DNA of 32,769 nucleotides from Planctomycetota bacterium. GTDB taxonomy: Bacteria; Planctomycetota; SZUA-567; H5-PLA8. The translations under genes and the position numbers were made by a program. Shown here one piece after another: positions 9,601 to 17,880 of the stretch. The stretch lies in the NCBI GenBank assembly GCA_038227875.1, contig JBBRPR010000083.1:1-32769 (forward strand), written 5' to 3'. The notes below the pieces were generated by a model. It was not told the origin of the DNA. It ran no database searches and worked only from the letters and a program-made list of their open reading frames with translations. Numbering within the stretch: the first letter of the stretch is position 1; each line of letters begins with the position of its first letter.

Positions 9601-10993
9601 CAACTCCGTGGTCACCGGTTCGGGCGCATTCAATACGACGGCAACCGTCAACAGTCCACCGGGCACATATCCGATCACGGTCGCGGCCGGAACGCTTAAC
9701 GCTGCTAACTACGATTTTTCGGCGAGTACCTACGTCGGCGGTACGCTGACTGTGTTCACGAAACTGCTGCTCGCCAACGGACCGTCCGCTGCGCCGAATC
9801 CGGCGTTGATTGCGCAGACGGTACAATTCTCCTGCGGCTCGACGCTCGGCGGAGCGACGTTCTCATGGAATTTCGGCGACGGGACTGCGGTCGCAGGCGG
9901 AGTGACGGTCACCCATGCGTTCGCCGTGAAAGGTACATATTCTGTCGTCGTCACAGCCAGCGACGCGGTGAGCGGTCAAGTGCTTTCGGGAAGCGTGTCC
10001 GTAACGGTCAATCCGACAGTTGGGCCGCACTTTTCAAGCCCGCTCACGGCGAACGCGACGCAAGGCGCTGTGTACTCGTATCAACTCACGGCAACCGGAA
10101 CGGCGCCGATCGCGTATAGCGCCATAGGATTGCCCAGCGGATTGACGCTGGTTAACGACATGATCGCCGGCACGCCGACGGAATACGGCGAGACGGCGAT
10201 TCAACTTGGCGCATCGAACGCAGGTGGTTCAACGTCCGCGGTGCTGTTGCTGACGATCGCTCCGGCGGCAGGCACAACGGTCACGCCGCCAACGATTTCT
10301 TCTCCGCCCAATCCGCCCGCGCCAACGACGGCCGGTCAGCCGGTGACGCTAACCGGTGCGGCGGACTCCGCGCCCGGAGCGCTGATTGTCTATCTCTGGG
10401 ATTTTGGTGACGGCACAAGTGGCGTGGGTCCAACGGTTTCTCATACCTACACCGCCGCCGGCGTGTACATCGCAACGCTCACAATCACCGATGGCATGAC
10501 GACGACAACGCAGACTGTCGACGTGGCGGTAAATGCGGCTGGTCAGGCAGGAACGGGATTCAGCGTCGCCAAGGTCGCCATCAAGTTCAGCTTTTCGTCA
10601 GCGGCACACGATACGTTGACGATTTCCGGTACGATTCCCGTCAGCGCCGGCTTTTCGCCGCTGGATAAAAATGTCATCATCGCGATTGGTAAACTCGAAC
10701 ACCAGTCACTGCTGAACGCCAAAGGTGCGGCGAGCGACAAATCATTTACTCTGACGGGCAAATTGAAGAGCGGCGCGTTCACGGCATCGCCGGCGACGTT
10801 CACAATCACGCTGAAAAATCAGGATCTCTTCAAAAGCCTGTCGGACCTCGGTTTTTCTAATGTGACCGTGGCGAAGTCCGGAGCGAAAGTGTCGTTGAAC
10901 GTGATCGTTGCACTGGATGGGGTGGGCTATCAGCAATCAGTTCCGGTGACTTACACGGCTACCAAGGGCAAGTCCGGCGCGGCGAAGAAATAG
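6629..10993 (+). CDS. Large secreted/surface protein: 7 GloVer (Gloeo_Verruco) repeats, 4 x 117-aa repeats, MBG, PKD, putative Ig (He_PIG), PKD, C-terminal domain
   Basis: Signal-peptide-like N-terminus, seven DG..P...L.QGSDG.LYGTT..GG..GTIFKI units, MBG-like LTVTANDKTK..G.ANP, and two W.FGDG PKD motifs. Confidence 0.9.
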   Translation: MLRSACGTRRMRIVGCAAALLAHCVFNANSAETILHSFQGPYLDGGDPANGVILGSDGALYGTTRSGGTHDQGTIYKLNVDGTGYTVLRNFFGYNLANQATDGAAPDGELVQGSDGALYGTTELGGASGSGTIFKINTDGTGFTILHAFPSTPDDTDGSMPIGGLIEGADGALYGTAWGGGFIGVNEGGIVFKISKTGAGYTVLHSFVTSPTDGYDPTGRLVQGKDNVLYGTTISGGASGDGTIFKVATNGTGFAVLHSFNGSAGDGINPSLSPLIQGSDLALYGVTMNGGANNRGTIYKISTDGSNYSILRSFVNNLVDGTAPQGALLQASDGAIYGTTSQDGTLGGGTIYKINTNGTGYATVYPFTPASGAVGPLAGLIQGSDGTIYGTSSAGGSTFNGTVFSFSIAGPLDHFVLNFASSETNATPFSGTNTITAQDVNNNTVQNFDASTNNVTIVALSPLTGGVSGLGTGVNNKLNKASDFIKGVANLTALGMNYTGNSGTGTFKATSADSKSGTSGNVTINSGSLDHFNLVLASPQSNGVACTGTNTLTAADISNNTVSSFNASTNNVTLSVNVPLTGAVSGLGSGGNSVLNRASDFTNGVANLTALGLTYNCNAATGTLTATSANAKTGTSGSVTVNVGPLHHFLWSLAGAETDGVAFGGTNTLTALDSGNNTVTAFDASANAVVITAVSPLTGVVSGLGTGANNVLNKPTDFTNGVANLTALGMTYVGNAATGKFLATSATSKSGQSGNVAIAINSLHHFGFALAASESTGVPFAGSNTLTAQDIGNNAITTFDASLDNVTIIANAPLTGIVTGLGTSSNNVLNRAADFVNGVADLTALGLTYTGNIQTGTFTANSASSKTGTSGPVAVKLPQTITFNALSNVTYGIAPFPLTASSDSGLTVTFSVVSGPASITGNVLTITGAGPVSVQADQSGDATHSPAPPVTRPLTVTRATLTVTANDKTKVAGNANPAFTATLSGFVNGDTNSVVTGSGAFNTTATVNSPPGTYPITVAAGTLNAANYDFSASTYVGGTLTVFTKLLLANGPSAAPNPALIAQTVQFSCGSTLGGATFSWNFGDGTAVAGGVTVTHAFAVKGTYSVVVTASDAVSGQVLSGSVSVTVNPTVGPHFSSPLTANATQGAVYSYQLTATGTAPIAYSAIGLPSGLTLVNDMIAGTPTEYGETAIQLGASNAGGSTSAVLLLTIAPAAGTTVTPPTISSPPNPPAPTTAGQPVTLTGAADSAPGALIVYLWDFGDGTSGVGPTVSHTYTAAGVYIATLTITDGMTTTTQTVDVAVNAAGQAGTGFSVAKVAIKFSFSSAAHDTLTISGTIPVSAGFSPLDKNVIIAIGKLEHQSLLNAKGAASDKSFTLTGKLKSGAFTASPATFTITLKNQDLFKSLSDLGFSNVTVAKSGAKVSLNVIVALDGVGYQQSVPVTYTATKGKSGAAKK
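7856..9259 (+). repeat. Four tandem 351-nt (117-aa) intragenic repeats
   Basis: Units start at 7856, 8207, 8558 and 8909 (GPLDHF/GSLDHF/GPLHHF/NSLHHF ... F..GVA.LTALG..Y). Confidence 0.9.
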
Positions 10994-11095
10994 CCGTCGG
11001 CCGTTGGCTAAGCGCAAAAACGTTCCAATACGCGAAATGTATCGACGCACCGCTAAAAAAGCGCCGGTTCTGGCAGCGCTCTTCGACAACGGACC

Positions 11096-11266
11096 ATGCG
11101 CGACTGGTCCGCGCCGATGCTCCGCGAGTACGAAGAGCGTGCCGCCTTGTTTGAGTACCTGGGTAACGCGAGACGGATCCAAGCGAACAACGACGCGTTC
11201 GACTTTGTCGTCAGCATTTTGACGGAGCGTACCCGTCCCATGATGGCGCGTGTCAGCACGGACTGA
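11096..11266 (+). CDS. Small phage/MGE-like protein or remnant (EERAA..EY motif)
   Basis: My translation (not in the ORF track): MRDWSAPMLREYEERAALFEYLGNARRIQANNDAFDFVVSILTERTRPMMARVSTD. It resembles the EERAAI.EY.G motif of phage-related proteins. Confidence 0.35.
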   Translation: MRDWSAPMLREYEERAALFEYLGNARRIQANNDAFDFVVSILTERTRPMMARVSTD

Positions 11267-11768
11267 GATTCTTCACGATGATCGATCACGCGTTTCCGCT
11301 AAGATCGCCAATGGTCCGTCCGCTCCTCAGAGATTGAGGCGGTAAGATAGGAATCAGGACGCGTAGCCGGAGATTGGGCGCATTTGGTCATGCTCAGTGT
11401 CCAGGAGGAAGTCCGTCGAGACCCATGGCGGCAACACCGGCGCGTTCCATCAGCGTCTTGCGTCACTCAGCGATCTTATCGCGGTTCATTTTTGTGTCGG
11501 CCGGTGACTGTCTCGGAGCTCCTTCTCCGTCGCCTTCTCTTTGGCCCGAACCGCCGACCAGGACAAAGCCAGGGCGACAACACCCATTTATTCGCGCCCA
11601 GAGGCCACCATTAAACGATCCTCCACTTACCTATCCCATACCAAAACACGCTCCTGACCATCGCGGCACCGGCCCCAGCACCGAAATCCACAGAAGCGAG
11701 CAACCAGCTCGGCAATTGTCCCAGTCCATATTCCCGCCAGTATTCTTGGATCGCCCACCGTCGACCGT

Positions 11769-11839
11769 AGATTAGCAACCGATAAATGAAGCTTGCATTG
11801 CAAGCAAGTGACTGCCGCGAAATGGGTTGCGTATTGAAC
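11769..11839 (+). repeat. Dispersed direct repeat, copy B
   Basis: AGATTAGCAACCGATAAATGAAGCTTGCATTGCAAGCAAGTGACTGCCGCGAAATGGGTTGCGTATTGAAC. Contains the palindrome GCTTGCA-T-TGCAAGC. Confidence 0.85.
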
Positions 11840-12005
11840 TACTAAAATTAGGTTCATTCGGGTTCGAATTCCCGCGGGTATATCACCTTTTTTCATAGGA
11901 GCACGTTTCGACGTGACAGGGAAAGCATTGGATCTGACGTAAAGTTTAGCTAGAGAAAAAGTCGGCACCGAATACACCACATGGGTAGCCGCCGATTTTG
12001 CCCAG

Positions 12006-13394
12006 CTATTCCATTCGCTGTAAAACCAGCCGCAATGTTTCGCGCAACGGCAGGCCCCGCAACGGATCGACCATATAGACAAACTCCACACGTCCGCGAA
12101 GGTACGCGGCGAAGTCGGGGCGTTTCTCGCGATTCTGACTCGCCAGACCGTGTTTCAACGCGTTGTGTAAAATCGCGCGAACCTCTCGGATGTATTCGCG
12201 CGAAACGGTGGGGCGATTGTTCACCGTCAGGCCGGTCACTTCCTGGCGCTGGGACTTGCGCATGACGTGGGTCTTTTTCGGATGCTCCGTGAAGCCTTCG
12301 TCCTGCAAAATCGAGCGGACGCTGCGCAGCAGTCTGCCGACAGCGCGGGTGTCTGTCCCAGAGAACGTGAGATCGTCAGCATAGCGCGTGTACGTGAATT
12401 CGTGTTTGTGCGCCAGGCCCGCGAGCCGCCGGTCGAGTCCCCGGCAGATCGCGTTTGTGATCGCGGGACTCGTGCACGCGCCCTGCGGCAGGGAACGTTG
12501 CGCCATCGCGACGTGATAAACTTTTCCTTCCACTTCCGCGGCAACGCGCGGCGGTTCGGTGCAGAGCAGCGCCATCACTGTCGCGACATGTTCGCAGTAC
12601 CCCAGGAATTCGAACAGCCCCTTCACGCGCGGAAAGCCGACCGTTGGGAAGAAATCCTTCAGGTCGAGATTAATCACGACCGGCTTGGCCGCATGCGGAC
12701 GCGCGTTGGTCAGGATCGAGCGTGACGGAACGAAGCCGTGTGCTTCCGGTTCGGTATTCAAGCGCGCGAGAATGTTGTCCTGAATCCATTGCTGTGCTTT
12801 GGCCAGCGACGGCTTGGGCGCGGAGATGTACCGGATTCCGCCGCTCTTTTTTGGCGTGCCGTAGCGATGGTAGTGAACCAGCGTCGCGCCGCGGCGATGA
12901 TAGGAAAGCCAGCGCAGGACGCCCACAGTGATGTTCATGCGCAACGCAAGTTCGACGCCGGTGTGAATGATCGGAAGTTTGCGTGCGTCCAACTTTACGG
13001 CATCGCTGAGCGCAGGCTGCAATCCGGCGCTGACGCCAATGCCAAGATGCAGGACCGAACTTTGCCGCGCGGCTTCCCAGATCTGCTTGCGTTTCAGGGC
13101 ATCGGCCAGGCGCTTTTCCTTTTTCTCCGCGCGCCGCTTGCGGCTTTCTTCCATGCGGCGCTTGTTTTCTGCCGCGAGCGCTTTTTCAGGATTCTTGGCG
13201 TTCGAATGCTGCTGCCGGAGTTTCGAGATCTGCTTTTCGATCGTGCTGCGTTCGTCGCGCTCCGCCGGTGGGTCTTCGGGAATGGGCACGCCGTACGGCC
13301 AGAAGCCGTGCGCCCGCATGCGTTCAAGCAGCATGTGTTCGTTGGCGTGAACGATGCGCTGATACAACCAGGCTTTTTCTTTGTCTGCTGCCAT
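12006..13394 (-). CDS. Retron-type reverse transcriptase with long basic/coiled N-terminal extension (Mx162-like)
   Basis: PKKSGG.R.I.AP, retron region X NARPH (NAxxH), DLKDFFP, LPQGACTSP, YTRYADDLTFS, and region Y RQEVTGLTVN (VTG). No maturase or endonuclease domain. Confidence 0.93.
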   Translation of the reverse strand: MAADKEKAWLYQRIVHANEHMLLERMRAHGFWPYGVPIPEDPPAERDERSTIEKQISKLRQQHSNAKNPEKALAAENKRRMEESRKRRAEKKEKRLADALKRKQIWEAARQSSVLHLGIGVSAGLQPALSDAVKLDARKLPIIHTGVELALRMNITVGVLRWLSYHRRGATLVHYHRYGTPKKSGGIRYISAPKPSLAKAQQWIQDNILARLNTEPEAHGFVPSRSILTNARPHAAKPVVINLDLKDFFPTVGFPRVKGLFEFLGYCEHVATVMALLCTEPPRVAAEVEGKVYHVAMAQRSLPQGACTSPAITNAICRGLDRRLAGLAHKHEFTYTRYADDLTFSGTDTRAVGRLLRSVRSILQDEGFTEHPKKTHVMRKSQRQEVTGLTVNNRPTVSREYIREVRAILHNALKHGLASQNREKRPDFAAYLRGRVEFVYMVDPLRGLPLRETLRLVLQRME

Positions 13395-13416
13395 GCTGTC
13401 GCCCAGACTTGAAATA

Positions 13417-13650
13417 TTATCGAAGGGGAGCGGCGGCGCTTACGAACATCCCACGGACGAGACCGGTCCACTCAAGTGGAACCGTGCCCTGCCGCAAGCC
13501 CGCGGGGCCCGAGGCCCTATCCAGCGCGGGCGGGCAGGGCACGGTTCCACGGGTGACGAACGGGCGCGTGATGAATGCCTGACACGTGAGCAAGCGCGGC
13601 GTAACGCCGCACAGTTTGCTAAGTCGTGCCGCCGCTTCCCTCCTCGATAA
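13417..13650 (-). ncRNA. Retron msr-msd non-coding RNA
   Basis: Flanking inverted repeats at 13417-13442 and 13620-13650. CUUA-G / G-UAAG junction gives a putative branching G at 13619. Two msr hairpins (13596-13610, 13577-13595). Long msd hairpin with a perfect 18-bp stem (13476-13493 / 13533-13550). Ends 22 nt upstream of the RT start codon. Confidence 0.85.
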
Positions 13651-15337
13651 AGGTTACAGAACGATCTTCGTCTGCAAGGCGACTCATATGAGCTAAACGC
13701 AACGACAAACTATGCTCGCACGGTCCCTTGGTCAACTGGTGTTTACGCGCAAATTCGCACGTACACGTCGCTTCGATGATGTGTCCCGCGTGGTCGACAT
13801 GAAGTTGCGGACGTACGCGGATTCCGTCCGCTCCTTTGGAACTGCCACTGAGTTTAAAGCCGGTGCTGACGGCCCGCCGCGCGATGATCTTCACGTTGCC
13901 GGCGTCATAGATCGCGCGCGCCGCCTTGGCCTGAAGATTCACTTCTTCGGCCGCCTGCGAGACCAGCGCCGCCGCCTGCTTGGCGGTGAACGGTTCGGCG
14001 AAGAGATCGCGATGCAGGAAGACGCCGCCGCTCAGGTCGCATATGGCACGCCCCACCTGGCACAGGTACGACAGCCCGCTGCGCGCCTGTTCGACGCCCA
14101 AGCCTGTCTGCATCGCAACGGCGCTGTCTGTGAGCGACTTGCTCTTTTTCAGGACATCGTAGACGCGCAGAAGCTCCGGCACACCCAGGGTCAGGCGCCG
14201 TGTCAGAAGATGAAATTTCGTATCGCCCGCCCAATCGTTGTCCGACCAGCCTGACAGCGCCAGCGTGAAGTTCACGGGGCCGAGGTCGAGCACATACATC
14301 GTCGGCATTCCGAATCCGGCCAGGTAGACGTCGATTCCGCGGCACGAGGGAATCAGTCGGCCCAGCATCCGCAATCGGTCGCGGCCCCACGTGCGAATGG
14401 ACTGCGCTTTCGCGCCGTCGTAAACGGATTTTGGCGAAAGCTCGATCGTGTGTTCCCAGGGTTCAAACACGACGCGGACGGGTTTGCCGGGCTCCAGTTC
14501 GTAACGCATTGCACGCGGCGATTTCTTGGCCTTGTGTGTGCGCAAGAACTGACAGATCGCGTGCAGATCCGCAGGCTCAAGTCGCAAGCGCGTGAGACTG
14601 AGTGTCATCGCGCTGTGAACCTGTAGGAAGCCCATCAGCCAACTGTCGGGCAGGTCGATTTTCTTTTCGTGGTGGGCGCTCTCGTTGAGCGCCACCGTGA
14701 AGCCGCCCGGGTCGACGGAAAAACGCGTGCGCCGGTACGAACGCATGCGCTCCAGTTCGCCGTGTAATTTCGCGCTGAAGTCGATGTTGGTCGTGCCGCA
14801 CTCCAGTTGCTCCACCTTGCTGAAAATCTCGTACTTGGCGCCGACGCGCGCGTAGCTGCTCTCATCGCGCGAAAACGCTTCGAAGAAAATCTCGCCCGGA
14901 TGGACCGTGATGACGGGGTCCAGAAAATACGAGAGCTCGTATTCGTTCTCGTAAATGTGATTGAAGAATTGCAGCCGCGCGCGGTGGAAGGGCTTCAGCC
15001 GTACGTTGCGCGCCTCATCCAGGTCGCTCAACCGCGCTTCGAGCTGTTCGAGCTGCTGGCGGACCTGCTGCGCCTGAATGCCGATCGTGGCGAGGAACTT
15101 GCGATCCTGCTCCGCGAGCCAGGCGAAAAACGCCGTGCGGTCCGGCGGGCGGTATTTGAAATCGCTGACGACGACCTGGTAAAGCGCCGCAAGTGCTTCG
15201 CGCAGGAGCAGTGGCTGGCCGAGTTCGCCGTGGAAAAACGTCGCCTCGCGCAGCGTGTTGGAGGCAAAGGCCATGTTCGCGGAGTTCAGTCCGTTGACGA
15301 TGCCGCTGCGGCCCGCGTATTTGTACTCAGCCTGCAT
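13619..15337 (-). CDS. SWIM zinc-finger protein (retron-associated)
   Basis: C-terminal CTC-x11-CEH SWIM motif, DPVITVHP..IFFEAFSRDESSY, TTNIDFS, a coiled segment, and a wHTH-like segment before the SWIM. Start overlaps the upstream gene by 11 nt. Confidence 0.88.
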   Translation of the reverse strand: MQAEYKYAGRSGIVNGLNSANMAFASNTLREATFFHGELGQPLLLREALAALYQVVVSDFKYRPPDRTAFFAWLAEQDRKFLATIGIQAQQVRQQLEQLEARLSDLDEARNVRLKPFHRARLQFFNHIYENEYELSYFLDPVITVHPGEIFFEAFSRDESSYARVGAKYEIFSKVEQLECGTTNIDFSAKLHGELERMRSYRRTRFSVDPGGFTVALNESAHHEKKIDLPDSWLMGFLQVHSAMTLSLTRLRLEPADLHAICQFLRTHKAKKSPRAMRYELEPGKPVRVVFEPWEHTIELSPKSVYDGAKAQSIRTWGRDRLRMLGRLIPSCRGIDVYLAGFGMPTMYVLDLGPVNFTLALSGWSDNDWAGDTKFHLLTRRLTLGVPELLRVYDVLKKSKSLTDSAVAMQTGLGVEQARSGLSYLCQVGRAICDLSGGVFLHRDLFAEPFTAKQAAALVSQAAEEVNLQAKAARAIYDAGNVKIIARRAVSTGFKLSGSSKGADGIRVRPQLHVDHAGHIIEATCTCEFARKHQLTKGPCEHSLSLRLAHMSRLADEDRSVTFIEEGSGGTT

Positions 15338-17867
15338 GCGATGCCTCCGTTTGAGGCAGCGTGACAGACGGAACGGCCTGCGGGTGCGCGAGCTTTATGC
15401 GAACGAGCGCTTCGAGCACTTCTTCGAAGTCGGCGCGCCCCTTTAGATGAAGAAATTCCGTGAGGATGCTGGACGCCACTTCCGCCTGCTTCGCGTCCTC
15501 GGTTCCGCGCCGCCCCAGCAGGCGGATGATGCCCTGCTTGAGCGCGCGGTGCGGGTAGTAATCGAAAATGCCGGTGCGACAGAAGCCTTTCAACTTTTCC
15601 AGCGCTTCAGCACCAGGCGGCAGGTGGCGTTCAATCAACTGCAGCGCGTATTTTCGAACGTTGGGGTGCGGATGCTGAATCAGCCGCGAGATCAGATCCG
15701 AGACGTCGTAGCGTTCGAGATGCTTCCGCGCCAGCTCGATGCCCATGTTTTGAACGTCGACGCGGTTCGAATCGATCATGCCGATCAGGCCGTTGTAACC
15801 GACATCCGAACCGGCCAGGCGCGTGCGAATCAGTTCGAAGGAGATGGCGCGCGTGTCCGGCCAATTGCTTTCGGCCAGCACGAGCAGCACCGACGGATCC
15901 TTCGCCCAGAGTTTTTCGGCCGCGCGAATCATGGCGTGAGCCGCCTGTCGGACGGCGGCGAGGTTGTGCTGCGCGAACAGTGTCAGCTTTTCCAGCCCAA
16001 TGCGCTCCGCGGCTTCCGGATGCAAGGCCAGCAGCGCCGATGCAACCGACAGGACCGCAATCGACTCGCTGGTGAGCAGCGTCAAAATCTCATCGAGGGA
16101 CAGGAGTTTATCGATCTGAGTCAGGAGCAGTTCGCGGCCGACTTTCGCGTACGCTTCGTGCCATTGCGGCGACGATTCCGGTGCGCGCAATTTCGCCAGG
16201 ACTCGGTCGGAGAGTTCCAGGCGGAAGCTGTGCTCATCAGGAGCATGCGCGATGACGAGCTCCGCGGCGAGCAGCCGCGCCAGGCTGTTCTCGACGCCGA
16301 GAAATGCGACGATGCGCGTTACGTCCGTGCACCACAGAGGCGCGGTTTCGCGCAACCACTTCTGCGCGAGCCCCAGCACGGCGGGGTGCTGCACATGACA
16401 TAGCCGCTCGAGCAGAGCCCAATCGGGCTTCGCCGGATCGAAGCGCCGCGACAGTTCTTCCAGCACAAGCTCTGCGGTCTTTTCGTATTCGACATGAAGC
16501 AGCGGAAGAAGTTCGTTCAACGACGCGGTCTGAAGCACCGCGCGGTGGCGCTGCGTGATCGCCTGATACGCAAACGCCTGGACTTCCGCGAGTTTCGCGG
16601 CACCGAGCACGCGCAGGTAAGCACGCGGCTGCGCGTCCCAGAGCTGGGGAAAGCGCTCTTCGCGAACGGACGACGGTGCAGCCGCGGCGGCGGAGGAGCG
16701 GAGTTTCGTGCGCAGATTCCGGCCGTCGATTTTCAGCCGCAAACTCGCGCCGTAGAGGATCTGGTTGAGCAGGTAGCAGCGCGCGAAAGCGCCGAACTTA
16801 CCCATGGGATGGTCGGCGTCCGCCTGGGAATAGTGGATCAGCACTTCCGCGGCGGATCGGCTGTACAAGTCCGGGCGATAACGCGCGATTTCGCGCAGGT
16901 AGCGCCAGCACAGCCGGCGGATGTAACTGCGCGTGCCGAAGCCGAAGATCCGGATGCTTCGCTGCACGCCGTCGTAGCCGGACTTTACGTTGGCGAGCGT
17001 GGACGTCGCGGTGCGGCCGTGATATTCGATCGTGTGGCTCAACCAGCCGAACGTGGCGAAGTCGCTGCGGAGCATTGAGCGCTTCAATACGCTCTTGGCG
17101 TAACGCCAGATGAAGGCCTGTTCGAATGGTGCGTGGCCCAGCGCGGTGACGGCCGCGCCGACGGCGACGGGCGTGCCCCATTCGTAGAGGAAGTCGGCAT
17201 ACAAGCCGAGGAACATCTTGTCGGAGCCGTTCAGCGCCAACGCCAGATTCGCCGCGGATTCGACGGCCTTCTGCGGACTCTCGTCGGCGCTGTTCAGCGC
17301 GTCGCGCACTTTCGGGCCGAGTTGTTCAAGGGTGCGCTGTCGCGCGGCCGCGAGTCCTTCGGCATCGCCCAGATTGCGCAGCGCTTCCACAGCCGAACGT
17401 CTTCGCGAGAGCAGCTTACGCGTGGCCTGTTCGCGCAGCACAGGAATCGCCCGCGCGTCGCCCATGCGGCCCAACGCGTCCATGATCGAGCAGGTATCGT
17501 CTGTTGCCTGCGGCACGCGCGCGATCAGTACTTCGACGTAATCTTTGCAACTCTTCAGTCCCAGTAGACGCGCGGCGCGGGCACGAACTTTGGCCTTCGA
17601 CGATTGGAGCGCGTGGAGTGCCGCGTGAACTCCGGACTGGAGATAACCCTGCGCCTGAAGTATGCGCGAAACTTCCGCGAGCCGGTCGGCGAGCTCTCCG
17701 GTGGGGTAGGGGCCGTACGCGGTGCTGTTGCTAAGCTTGCCGGATTTCGGGCCGCGCGCCACCTGGATCAGAAACTGATCCTTGTTGCCCCACGATTCCT
17801 GCACGGAGATTACGGCAATCCGGTCCGTGTTGGTGGGATTATAAAAATGTGTGGCCGGTGGAGGCAT
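15327..17867 (-). CDS. HEAT/ARM-repeat protein (retron-associated)
   Basis: HEAT-like units (VRARAARLLG, DALGRMGDARAIPVL, RRSAVEALRNLGD, AVRQAAHAMI, HPHPNVRKYAL). All-helical character over about 750 aa. Confidence 0.82.
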   Translation of the reverse strand: MPPPATHFYNPTNTDRIAVISVQESWGNKDQFLIQVARGPKSGKLSNSTAYGPYPTGELADRLAEVSRILQAQGYLQSGVHAALHALQSSKAKVRARAARLLGLKSCKDYVEVLIARVPQATDDTCSIMDALGRMGDARAIPVLREQATRKLLSRRRSAVEALRNLGDAEGLAAARQRTLEQLGPKVRDALNSADESPQKAVESAANLALALNGSDKMFLGLYADFLYEWGTPVAVGAAVTALGHAPFEQAFIWRYAKSVLKRSMLRSDFATFGWLSHTIEYHGRTATSTLANVKSGYDGVQRSIRIFGFGTRSYIRRLCWRYLREIARYRPDLYSRSAAEVLIHYSQADADHPMGKFGAFARCYLLNQILYGASLRLKIDGRNLRTKLRSSAAAAAPSSVREERFPQLWDAQPRAYLRVLGAAKLAEVQAFAYQAITQRHRAVLQTASLNELLPLLHVEYEKTAELVLEELSRRFDPAKPDWALLERLCHVQHPAVLGLAQKWLRETAPLWCTDVTRIVAFLGVENSLARLLAAELVIAHAPDEHSFRLELSDRVLAKLRAPESSPQWHEAYAKVGRELLLTQIDKLLSLDEILTLLTSESIAVLSVASALLALHPEAAERIGLEKLTLFAQHNLAAVRQAAHAMIRAAEKLWAKDPSVLLVLAESNWPDTRAISFELIRTRLAGSDVGYNGLIGMIDSNRVDVQNMGIELARKHLERYDVSDLISRLIQHPHPNVRKYALQLIERHLPPGAEALEKLKGFCRTGIFDYYPHRALKQGIIRLLGRRGTEDAKQAEVASSILTEFLHLKGRADFEEVLEALVRIKLAHPQAVPSVTLPQTEASHAG

Positions 17868-17880
17868 GTGCAGCCTTTAG

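Noticed and set aside
12006..13394. RT as a group II intron, DGR or CRISPR-associated RT
   Set aside because: It has retron NAxxH and VTG motifs and an adjacent msr-msd. No maturase domain, intron domain V, TR/VR pair, cas gene or array was seen.
13476..13550. Long hairpin as a rho-independent terminator or REP element
   Set aside because: No U-tract, single copy in the window, and nested inside retron-type flanking inverted repeats.
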